64,000 nucleotides of DNA from assembly GCA_035547395.1 (NCBI GenBank), contig DASZVA010000010.1:8178-72177 (forward strand), given 5' to 3'. The position numbers and the translations under genes were made by a program. Positions 42,360 through 50,681 of the stretch are shown one piece after another. The notes under the pieces were generated by a model. The model ran no database searches, was not told where the DNA came from, and saw only the letters and a program-made list of their open reading frames with translations. The number at the start of each line of letters is the position of its first letter. Within the stretch, counting starts at the first letter, position 1. Source of the DNA: Candidatus Peribacteraceae bacterium (GTDB taxonomy: Bacteria; Patescibacteriota; Gracilibacteria; Peribacterales; Peribacteraceae).

Positions 42360-44657
42360 ATGGACCAGTTACCCTCCAGTATCGAGGCCTATTTAGAGGA
42401 GGCCGGCTTCTCCGGCACGGAGATCCTGATTCTGAAAAAACTTCTCGAGGAAGACGCTCTCACGATACGGGAACTGGCCGCAAAAACCGGCAAGAGCACC
42501 GGCTCGCTCGATCAGGCGATGAAGAAGCTGTTGAAGAAAGAAATCGTGACGCGCGAAATCATTAACGATACGCCGAAATACCTGCTGCATTCCCTGAGCG
42601 CGGTGAGCGACTGGATGAAGCGGGATATGGAGCAGAAGCAGCGCATGATCGTGCGCAAGTACGAAAATTTCGAAGCGTTTCTGGCGAGCCTGAAGAAAAA
42701 CAAGCAGCGGCCGGAGATGGAATATTTCGAAGGATTGGACGGGCTCAAGCGCGCATATATGCGGCTCTTGGATTGCGGGAAGGTGATGCTGAGCTACGGG
42801 CCGCAGCCGTGGTCCGAAGATGAAGATCCACTCCATGATTTCAAAGCCGAGTTTGCGCGTGAGCGAAAGAAGCGGGGAGTGCTGTCGCGCGTCATCACGC
42901 ATGACACGCCGGTCGGCAGAAAGATGCAGTCACGGGATCCGTTCGAACATCAGGAGACGTTGCTAGTGGATCGTATGAAGCATCCGTTCACATTTGAGCG
43001 CATCATTATCGGCGATACCGTCGCCTGTTTTCAGCTGGAAGAGCAGCGCGCATGTTTCATTTATTATCCCGAACTTGCCGAAGAAGAACGCGTGTTCTTC
43101 GAGAGATTGTGGCATGAGAAAATGACAGAGCGGCACATGGCGCATAATCAGCAACATCACAACGAGCCTTCACCGACGATCATTGATGCGACTCTGTCGA
43201 AAACAAAAGTATGGACGGACTTGCGGCAATTTTTCTTCAGCCGGAGGAGTCTGGTCGTGACGGGCCTGCTTGCGCTGCTCTCCGGAGCGATTACCTATGC
43301 ACTGTATGACGTGGAATCATCATTGAACTTAAAGCGCATCCAGGATGAAGTGAAATCCATAGCAGCGACGGGGGCGCTGCAGTTTAATGCAAAAAATATC
43401 AATCAAATTCATATATTAAGCGATGTTCATACCCCCGCGTATGTGCAAAGTGTTCAAAAATTGAAGTTGATTCGTAGCCAAAATAAGGATGTCAAATATG
43501 CATATATAATGCGACCAACAGGCGTTAAAGATATTTTTGAATTTGTAGCCGATGCGGATTCGCTTGATCCATATGCGAAGAAAGATCTGAATGGTGATGG
43601 AATCGTTGATGATGCAGATGCTACCAGTTATCCAGGCGAAGCTTATGATACTCAGGGTGATGGCACATTTCAGATAGCAATGACAGGAATTCCTTCTGCA
43701 GATCCACATTCATATACGGATCAGTGGGGAACATTTATATCGGGAGGAGCACCCATTCGCGATTCCAGTGGAACAGTCATCGCGGTTCTTGGAATCGATA
43801 TCTATGCCAATAAAGTTGGCTCACTGACATCACAAACATTTTTCCTGTCGCCCGTTCTTTGGTTCTTTATCTTGTTCATTATATTTATTGCCATTCGTTT
43901 GTTTGCATTTGATGCGCCGCTTATTAAAGAGATTCTGCTGGTCCTCAACATGCGAAAAGTAGTATTTGCTGTCAGCATCAGCTTGGGCATATCTCTTCTT
44001 CTGTCGGCGGGGCTTTATGTCTATACGCAGCATCTCAATTTTCAGAGGATGCAAAAGGAAGTAGAAGCGGTTGCTGAGGCTGCAGCTCCACAATTCAATC
44101 CAGCTGATTTAAATGCATTGCAAGTAGAAGCCGATTGGCAAAAGCCCCAATGGGCGAAAGTCGTGAATCAATTGGCACAGGTGAAGAAAAACAATCCTGA
44201 CTTGGTATATGTGTACCTTATTCGCAAGGTAAAAAATGATCCATCAAAGATGGAATTTGTATCTGATGCCGGCTCACTTAACCCATTTGCAAATACAGAT
44301 AACGATCCTACGAATGATGTCGATGCAAATGGTGATGGGGTGATCGATGCATCCGGAGCAGATCTACTTCAGTGGCCGGGACAACCTTATCCAGATCCTC
44401 CAAAAGAAACCTTCATCGCCTATAACAATCCGACTTATTCAGATTTTTATCAGGATTCGTGGGGGAAAGTGGTATCCGGTTATGCGCCTATTAAAAATCA
44501 AAATGGCAATACCATCGCCGTTGTTGCGGCAGATATGAAGGCGGGGGAATTAAGTGAAATTGATAAAGAATCTGTTCAGCTTATTATCATTTTTGTCCTC
44601 TGTTTATCGATGATTCTCATCTTTCTTTTAAATAGAAAGTGGTTCTTTCATGGATAA
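42360..44657 (+). CDS. TrmB-like wHTH regulator fused to two membrane-anchored extracellular Cache/PDC-like domains
   Basis: N-terminal HTH and ..EYFEG..G TrmB-like domain; 4 TMs; duplicated domain ending Y.D.WG...SG.API....G..IAV...D. Confidence 0.8.
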   Translation: MDQLPSSIEAYLEEAGFSGTEILILKKLLEEDALTIRELAAKTGKSTGSLDQAMKKLLKKEIVTREIINDTPKYLLHSLSAVSDWMKRDMEQKQRMIVRKYENFEAFLASLKKNKQRPEMEYFEGLDGLKRAYMRLLDCGKVMLSYGPQPWSEDEDPLHDFKAEFARERKKRGVLSRVITHDTPVGRKMQSRDPFEHQETLLVDRMKHPFTFERIIIGDTVACFQLEEQRACFIYYPELAEEERVFFERLWHEKMTERHMAHNQQHHNEPSPTIIDATLSKTKVWTDLRQFFFSRRSLVVTGLLALLSGAITYALYDVESSLNLKRIQDEVKSIAATGALQFNAKNINQIHILSDVHTPAYVQSVQKLKLIRSQNKDVKYAYIMRPTGVKDIFEFVADADSLDPYAKKDLNGDGIVDDADATSYPGEAYDTQGDGTFQIAMTGIPSADPHSYTDQWGTFISGGAPIRDSSGTVIAVLGIDIYANKVGSLTSQTFFLSPVLWFFILFIIFIAIRLFAFDAPLIKEILLVLNMRKVVFAVSISLGISLLLSAGLYVYTQHLNFQRMQKEVEAVAEAAAPQFNPADLNALQVEADWQKPQWAKVVNQLAQVKKNNPDLVYVYLIRKVKNDPSKMEFVSDAGSLNPFANTDNDPTNDVDANGDGVIDASGADLLQWPGQPYPDPPKETFIAYNNPTYSDFYQDSWGKVVSGYAPIKNQNGNTIAVVAADMKAGELSEIDKESVQLIIIFVLCLSMILIFLLNRKWFFHG

Positions 44658-44674
44658 AGCCGTTTGCTGCTTTT

Positions 44675-45499
44675 TTAGCTTTCTCTAATTTTTCTAAAAA
44701 TACTGCCTAGATATAGGAGGCTAACTGTCATCAACAAATAAGAAGTCTGATACATATAATCGTTAATTCCTCCTACGTACCATGTGCCAGCATTCGCCTC
44801 ATATAGGAATGTAAAATCTGAGAAATACTGGAATATCAAAGCAGCGATTAAAAAGAGAATCGGTTTTTTCATAATTCCGCCTAAAACTCCTCTTGATGCA
44901 ACAAGCACCCAGATTGCAATGGAAACATAAATCGCCTGTCCAAGTGGATAGCCAAAATCTAAGAAGATTTTTGTTACGTTACTAAAGTCAAACTCATATC
45001 CACGTAAAAATAAAGCATAAGATGTAGCTAGAATAATTGTTGGAATTAAAAAAGCCCAAATTTTGTACCGTAGCTCTCTCAATGAAATTCGCGTTCCGCT
45101 AATTTTGGATAGTAAAGCAACGCCATAGATATAAACAATGACACTACCAAAAAAACCAATATCACCGATACCAGGATATGAAGGAGATTCCACTTTATAG
45201 TGATATACATAATAACTACTGTATGTTTGCCCAAAACATTGCAAGAACAAACCCATTGAAAATGCCAAAACTGCACGACCTAGTACGCTTTTATGGCCAC
45301 CCCATTTGTAAGAGATGTAGGTGCCTGCAATAGCACCATAGAATGCAAGAATTTGATAAACAGCTCCCCATAGCTGGCGAGCATCCCTACTTGTGTCGAT
45401 GTCTAGGCTCTTTAAATAAAACCACCAAAATGAAAGCAGTGCAAATATTATTAAGGGGCCGAAGTAAGGATGTTTACCTATCGCTGACTTCTGAACCAT
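44675..45499 (-). CDS. Stand-alone 7-8 TM membrane protein (sensor-like)
   Basis: Entirely hydrophobic; YP.IGD..F and YPL motifs resemble the membrane modules of HK/GGDEF sensors. TACAAT 7 nt before ATG 45499. Confidence 0.75.
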   Translation of the reverse strand: MVQKSAIGKHPYFGPLIIFALLSFWWFYLKSLDIDTSRDARQLWGAVYQILAFYGAIAGTYISYKWGGHKSVLGRAVLAFSMGLFLQCFGQTYSSYYVYHYKVESPSYPGIGDIGFFGSVIVYIYGVALLSKISGTRISLRELRYKIWAFLIPTIILATSYALFLRGYEFDFSNVTKIFLDFGYPLGQAIYVSIAIWVLVASRGVLGGIMKKPILFLIAALIFQYFSDFTFLYEANAGTWYVGGINDYMYQTSYLLMTVSLLYLGSIFRKIRES

Positions 45500-45516
45500 G
45501 GACTGCATTGTAGCAT

Positions 45517-46428
45517 TTAGGCGTTACGGTATGTCAAACAATATTGTTTAAAGAAAAGGGTAGGTCTAAAACGTGATTTTGCATCCCTCAAATTTTGTAA
45601 TCCCAAATCCTGTTCGTAGTTAAATAATTTTTTATCAAATGAGTAAAGAATTTCAGCATTTTTTTTCATTAAATATGAGTTTACACCTATGAACTCCGCA
45701 TCAATTTTTGATGCATGTGCAATAACATGTTCAGATTCAGTAAGTTCGTTTAAGAAAAATGCAATCATTTTATTCTCTACAAAGATGCCGACCCCCAAGA
45801 GCTTAAAATGTTTTGTAGCCGATAACAGTCTCTTCAACATCATTTCTTCATGTGATTCAAATGAATCTTCTTTGCTTAATTTTAATGTTATCCATTTTTC
45901 ATATAAGGAAATAATAGAATCATATATTTTTGGATCTTCTAGATTCAGTATGGCTGCGTTAGCATCTGGATATTGTTTTAAAAAATTAGATATTTGATTA
46001 CGTTTTTTTTGAAATTTTTTGCCTTCCATATTTTTTAATTCCTCAATGCTATATACATAATCAAAATTATCTCTGTCTTCCCTGACTTCAAATTTCTCTT
46101 TATCAGCTAGCAAAGCCGCGTCTTCCGGTATTAATTTTAACTCAGCAGGCAGACCTTCATCTATCGAATGTTTGAGCAAGACATCAATTGTCTCATTTAT
46201 TTTATTTTCACCTAAAAATGAATAAAATGGCTCACCTGATAGATAGTCAATAAATCGTACAACTAAATTTCCATTGAGTTCTGATAATCTTACTTTTCCA
46301 TGAATATCCCAAGACCATAAGCTTACAAAATTAAAGTCCGAATATGGAAGCAATCTTTGTGTGAAGATCTCTGCATCGATCTTATCTGTAGGCTCAATCT
46401 TTTTGAATTTAGGGAATTTCGGTATCAT
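45517..46428 (-). CDS. DUF2156 / aminoacyl-tRNA-dependent transferase (LPG synthase C-terminal-like), no membrane domain
   Basis: SDFNF..LW.W, DRDNFDYVY....L..M.G.K...KRN....F, H..K, N.EQDLG...LR.AK....P. Confidence 0.85.
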   Translation of the reverse strand: MIPKFPKFKKIEPTDKIDAEIFTQRLLPYSDFNFVSLWSWDIHGKVRLSELNGNLVVRFIDYLSGEPFYSFLGENKINETIDVLLKHSIDEGLPAELKLIPEDAALLADKEKFEVREDRDNFDYVYSIEELKNMEGKKFQKKRNQISNFLKQYPDANAAILNLEDPKIYDSIISLYEKWITLKLSKEDSFESHEEMMLKRLLSATKHFKLLGVGIFVENKMIAFFLNELTESEHVIAHASKIDAEFIGVNSYLMKKNAEILYSFDKKLFNYEQDLGLQNLRDAKSRFRPTLFFKQYCLTYRNA

Positions 46429-46446
46429 CTTTGAAAAGTGAATAAT

Positions 46447-47346
46447 CTAATATTGCATTAACCAAATGCCAGAGAACACAATAGTTGCAAATCCGAGCTT
46501 TTTAAATAATCCGCCCAACGATAGGTCTTCCCCGAAAATTTTATGTGTAAATACGTTAAGCAGCAATCCGTAAATAATACCGAAAAATATTTGTGTACTG
46601 CCAATAACACCAACTAACGCAACGGGGCCCAATGAAATTGCATAAAAGCTAAGGAGTTTTGCTGAAATAAATATAATTTCATTAATGAAAATGAATAAGA
46701 GGGCAAATTTTGAAGATCCATGTCTTGTAATCAAAAAAGCCTTTCTTATTGTTGGTGATAGAATAAAGAGAAGCAAGCCACCGACGAATATGCCAGTGCT
46801 TTCATATGGAATGATCTGTTGGAATGAAACATTTAATACAATGAATTTGAATAGTACATTTGCGCATGACCATAAGAAATCAGCAAAAAGTATGAATAGT
46901 AGTGCGACTGACAAATACCTCCTAAAATTATTTTTTCTTATAGAGATGCCAATTATTGAAAATAATATAAGAATGAATCCAAAAATTTGATAGATGGTAA
47001 TTGCCTCATGCAAAAACGAAGTTGATAGGAAAAGCGTTATTACCGGAGTAAATTGCATCAAAATAATGACGGTACTAGTATTCTCAATAGAGAGCGCCCG
47101 AAAGTAAAAAAAGAGACCAAATACTGTTAATACGCCGCTTATTATTAATAAGAGTGCGTCTTGAGGTGGAAGCAGTGGGCAACCAGCAAATATCCAGTAG
47201 GAAATGCCGAATATGAGGCTGATTATTGCACTATAAATTATCAAGCCCCGGTAATCCTTAACCTTGCGAATGAGAATGTATTTATCAATAAAGTTGGTAA
47301 TTGCATATACCGCTGCTGCCAACACTGCATAAAAAATCCATGACAT
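46447..47346 (-). CDS. EamA/DMT family transporter
   Basis: About 10 TMs in two repeats; FYFRAL....S.V......P.....L...FL.E. Confidence 0.88.
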   Translation of the reverse strand: MSWIFYAVLAAAVYAITNFIDKYILIRKVKDYRGLIIYSAIISLIFGISYWIFAGCPLLPPQDALLLIISGVLTVFGLFFYFRALSIENTSTVIILMQFTPVITLFLSTSFLHEAITIYQIFGFILILFSIIGISIRKNNFRRYLSVALLFILFADFLWSCANVLFKFIVLNVSFQQIIPYESTGIFVGGLLLFILSPTIRKAFLITRHGSSKFALLFIFINEIIFISAKLLSFYAISLGPVALVGVIGSTQIFFGIIYGLLLNVFTHKIFGEDLSLGGLFKKLGFATIVFSGIWLMQY

Positions 47347-47506
47347 ATTCCTGCACATTCTGCTGTTTTTTTGTTTGCGAACAAGCTTTTGATATTGTGG
47401 AAGAAGAAAATACGAATATCAAGCAAAGCTGAAAACTTGCAGGTTCATTTAACACGAGTAATATGAACTACGATAAATAATTTTATGAAGCCATTATCCG
47501 CATGAT

Positions 47507-47791
47507 ATGAGCATTTATGATCAAATTGCGGAAAGAATTATAAAGGAACAGGAGCTACTGATAGGCCCAATTGCTTGGTATGAAGCGGGGAAAGTAGAGG
47601 GCTTGGTAGTGAAGGATAACAAAAAGGGAATAGTTGCTGTGAATGCAAAAAATGGTGGAGCTGTCGTTAATAAGTTAGTTGACAGATTTACAAATATATT
47701 TGGTCGTGCTGGTCAAGAAGTGTGCAAAGAGTCAGTTAGCGCTTTAATTGCTGATATGCAACCATCACAAATACCAGCAAGTTTGAAGTAG
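47507..47791 (+). CDS. Small helical hypothetical protein upstream of the kinase
   Basis: 94 aa; IIKEQE..IGP.A....V.GL and LV..F..IFG.....VCK pattern. Confidence 0.75.
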   Translation: MSIYDQIAERIIKEQELLIGPIAWYEAGKVEGLVVKDNKKGIVAVNAKNGGAVVNKLVDRFTNIFGRAGQEVCKESVSALIADMQPSQIPASLK

Positions 47792-47834
47792 TTTGTTTCT
47801 TCAAAAATGGGCTCTTTTATGCTAAAATGAATAG

Positions 47835-49232
47835 ATGTCTAATTTTAACAAAAAAAATAAAGTGGCAAAAAAAGCAGGGCTACCCAGTGACGATAAGCCG
47901 CAAACAATCATGGCGAATTTGTATAAAAAGAATATAGACTTATCAGACAGAAACAAAACGCTATCACTGCTGAGTAAAATTTATGAAATAGGTATTCTTG
48001 CTATAAAACCAGAAGAGCTGGCTTCTCGTATATCGAGAGAGGTTCAATTAAATCTAAATTTTGAGATAGTTAGCATTTATAAATTTGAGGAAGCATCAGA
48101 TTCACTAATTCCACTCAGTTTTTCAATTTCAAATAGAGTAAGCCAATCACTAAAAAATCATGAGCTACTGATAGCCAAAACAATTATTTCGACTATTTCT
48201 AAAGAGCCAGCGCTAAATGAAGTTGTTCATTTAAAAAAACAAAATATTTCAATTGGTGTAAAAAATATATGGGGTGTTCTTTTAGATTCAAAAAAAATTG
48301 AGAAATTTTCGAAGGATTCCAATATAAAAAATACCTTCTTATACCCACTGGTTGTTGAAAATAGAACACTCGGAATGATATTAATATCTCTCAATAGAAA
48401 CTACAAAAGCCTTAGTTCATTCGAGAAAGAATCAATAAAGAATATAATGAATGTCACAGCTCTTGCACTTGAGAAATCATATCTTTACGTAGAACTTGAA
48501 AATGCAAATGATCAGCTCCGCGAGCAGGATCGTCAAAAGGATGAATTATTGAGCATGGTCAGTCATCAATTGGCAACTCCTGTATCAGCTGTGAGATGGA
48601 ACTTAGAGATGATGCTTGATGGAGACACTGGGAAATTAAATAAAGAGCAAGAAGATAGCCTTAAATCTTTGCAAAGTATTTCTGCAGATTTATCTGACCT
48701 GGTCAGCATGATTCTTGATGTTTCCAGAATTCAGCTGGGACGTATAAAAATGGATCCGCAAGAATTGGATTTGGATCAGTTCTTTAAGGAAATATTGAAT
48801 GTCATCATACCCAAGGCCAAGGAGAAAAACGTTAATTTCAATATTTCATTACCAAAACAATTGCCTAAAGCAATGCTCGACAAGCGCTATACGCGTATGA
48901 CTATTGAAAATCTTTTAAGCAATGCTGTTAAATATACCTCGAAAGAAGGCGACGTTGATTTCACGGTGACAATTCAAAATGATTCAATGCATTGCGAAGT
49001 GAAGGACACAGGTGTCGGTATCCCAAAAGCAGATCAGGACAAAATCTTTGGCAAGCAATTCCGTGCTAGCAATGTTAGGAATGCTGTTGATGGTAATGGT
49101 TTTGGTCTTTACATCGCCAAGAGCGCCGTTGAATCACAGGGGGGCAAAATTTGGTTTGATAGCAAAGAAGGAAAAGGAACAACCTTTTTCGTTACTTTGC
49201 CGCTTGGCACCAGAAAGAAGGCGATCAAATAA
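47835..49232 (+). CDS. Cytoplasmic GAF sensor histidine kinase
   Basis: GAF region, H-box SHQLATP, N-box NLLSNAVKY, D.G.GI, G.GFGLYI; no TM. Confidence 0.93.
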   Translation: MSNFNKKNKVAKKAGLPSDDKPQTIMANLYKKNIDLSDRNKTLSLLSKIYEIGILAIKPEELASRISREVQLNLNFEIVSIYKFEEASDSLIPLSFSISNRVSQSLKNHELLIAKTIISTISKEPALNEVVHLKKQNISIGVKNIWGVLLDSKKIEKFSKDSNIKNTFLYPLVVENRTLGMILISLNRNYKSLSSFEKESIKNIMNVTALALEKSYLYVELENANDQLREQDRQKDELLSMVSHQLATPVSAVRWNLEMMLDGDTGKLNKEQEDSLKSLQSISADLSDLVSMILDVSRIQLGRIKMDPQELDLDQFFKEILNVIIPKAKEKNVNFNISLPKQLPKAMLDKRYTRMTIENLLSNAVKYTSKEGDVDFTVTIQNDSMHCEVKDTGVGIPKADQDKIFGKQFRASNVRNAVDGNGFGLYIAKSAVESQGGKIWFDSKEGKGTTFFVTLPLGTRKKAIK

Positions 49233-49272
49233 TCAGCAAAGATCGGGAGGTCATCAAGGAAATAAGATTTTT

Positions 49273-49746
49273 TTAGCTCCTAGTTAAATTTGTTTTCGAT
49301 AATAAATTTGAACCTGTTCCATTTAGTGCTATTACCTTTCTTGCATTAAGATCATCTTCTCTTTGGATGAAATTCGCATTCCACTCCGTGAGTGATAAAT
49401 GCTTATCTAGAAGATCTATAACTTCCTGCCATTCAAAACTTTTGCAGCTATAGATATCCATGTGCAAGTGAGATGGCTTATTTGCCTCCTCAAAATAATG
49501 GCCACTTATATGACTTGTTGTAATAGGTTGAATGAATGACCAACCGGGGGCTCTGAGATCAGCTGCCGGATATATTTGAAGCGGCCCTAATTCTTCCATG
49601 CCCAGAGTCGAAAGTAGGTCATTTATTAAGCTGCGCGTGATTTCATCCATGTTGGATTGATTGAGTGCTTTCTTTAAATATGCATCTAAAATAAACATTT
49701 CGTGCTGGAGAATTAATTCACCCGTTACTGTTTCTGCATCCTGCAT
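49273..49746 (-). CDS. S-adenosylmethionine decarboxylase-like (pyruvoyl-dependent) proenzyme
   Basis: H...LD, G.S....I.TSHIS.H and DIYSCK.F motifs of the prokaryotic AdoMetDC fold. Confidence 0.75.
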   Translation of the reverse strand: MQDAETVTGELILQHEMFILDAYLKKALNQSNMDEITRSLINDLLSTLGMEELGPLQIYPAADLRAPGWSFIQPITTSHISGHYFEEANKPSHLHMDIYSCKSFEWQEVIDLLDKHLSLTEWNANFIQREDDLNARKVIALNGTGSNLLSKTNLTRS

Positions 49747-49791
49747 AAAGAAAAGAATACTCCTAAAAACACGCACAACGTAGTTACTGAT

Positions 49792-49974
49792 TTACTTTTT
49801 GTCAAAAACAGTCCCAGCATAAATAAGCGTATTGGTTCTTTTGCCCGTCTTCGCCGCAAGTTCACGCAGTGTGAGAGCATCTTCTTCTAATAGTTTTTTC
49901 AAAATCAAAATCTCGGTTCCCGAAAATCCGGCCTCTTCGAGATAGACTTCGATACTGGAGGGAAGGGAAGTCAT
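49792..49974 (-). pseudogene. Truncated paralogue of the TrmB-like regulator N-terminus
   Basis: LPSSIE.YLEEAGFSGTEILILKKLLEEDALT.RELAAKTGK is near-identical to the 42360 gene, then diverges and stops. Confidence 0.8.
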
Positions 49975-50043
49975 GTAAACTATACTATACGTTGTCTTTT
50001 GGGCTTAGAAAAGGGGAATTTTTGGGAGCTAGTAATACAGTTC

Positions 50044-50679
50044 TTATTGATTTGTTGGCTTAATATTTAATAAAGAAATTTCCAAATTTCTTTCTCCAGT
50101 TGCTGTTTCATCTCCACTCATATGAATGTCATATATTTTATCGTCATCACCTATGGCGAAATAGTTAGTATTTGAACAATTCGGGCCATATTTGATTACA
50201 CGGATATTATTCTTAGTCACATCGAATTGAGTTGTATATCCCTCATTCCAATTGCCGTTAAAAGCATCTGCTCCTGTGTTAAAGTTCGGACCTTTAATAC
50301 AAACATTTTTTAATAAATCATCTAAAGAATGAAAATTTTTGTTTAAACATATTAAGAATGAAAAATATGAATTTCTTTGAGAAGAAGTAGCATTTGAAAA
50401 TTCAGAAGGTGAAAAAGTGGAAATGATTGAACAAGATCCATTACTAGAGGCAGTTATCTGAGCAGTTGATGGCAATGCAATGCTAAAAGATGTGTTAGGC
50501 ACTTGCTGATATATCCAGTCAGTCGACACTAAAGACAATTCGGCCAATTTAGAAGCAGTGCTGCTTTGTGAACTTGCTCCATTTACACCTTCTGAGCCTA
50601 TATTAAGATTCTTTGCATTATTACATGCACAGAGTAATAATGTCAGGAGTGCAGCCGCTAAACACCTACTTTTTTTCAT
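50044..50679 (-). CDS. Lipoprotein (candidate immunity/partner protein)
   Basis: Lipobox LCAC; AT-rich; starts 2 nt after the stop of the giant gene. Confidence 0.75.
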   Translation of the reverse strand: MKKSRCLAAALLTLLLCACNNAKNLNIGSEGVNGASSQSSTASKLAELSLVSTDWIYQQVPNTSFSIALPSTAQITASSNGSCSIISTFSPSEFSNATSSQRNSYFSFLICLNKNFHSLDDLLKNVCIKGPNFNTGADAFNGNWNEGYTTQFDVTKNNIRVIKYGPNCSNTNYFAIGDDDKIYDIHMSGDETATGERNLEISLLNIKPTNQ

Positions 50680-50681
50680 GA

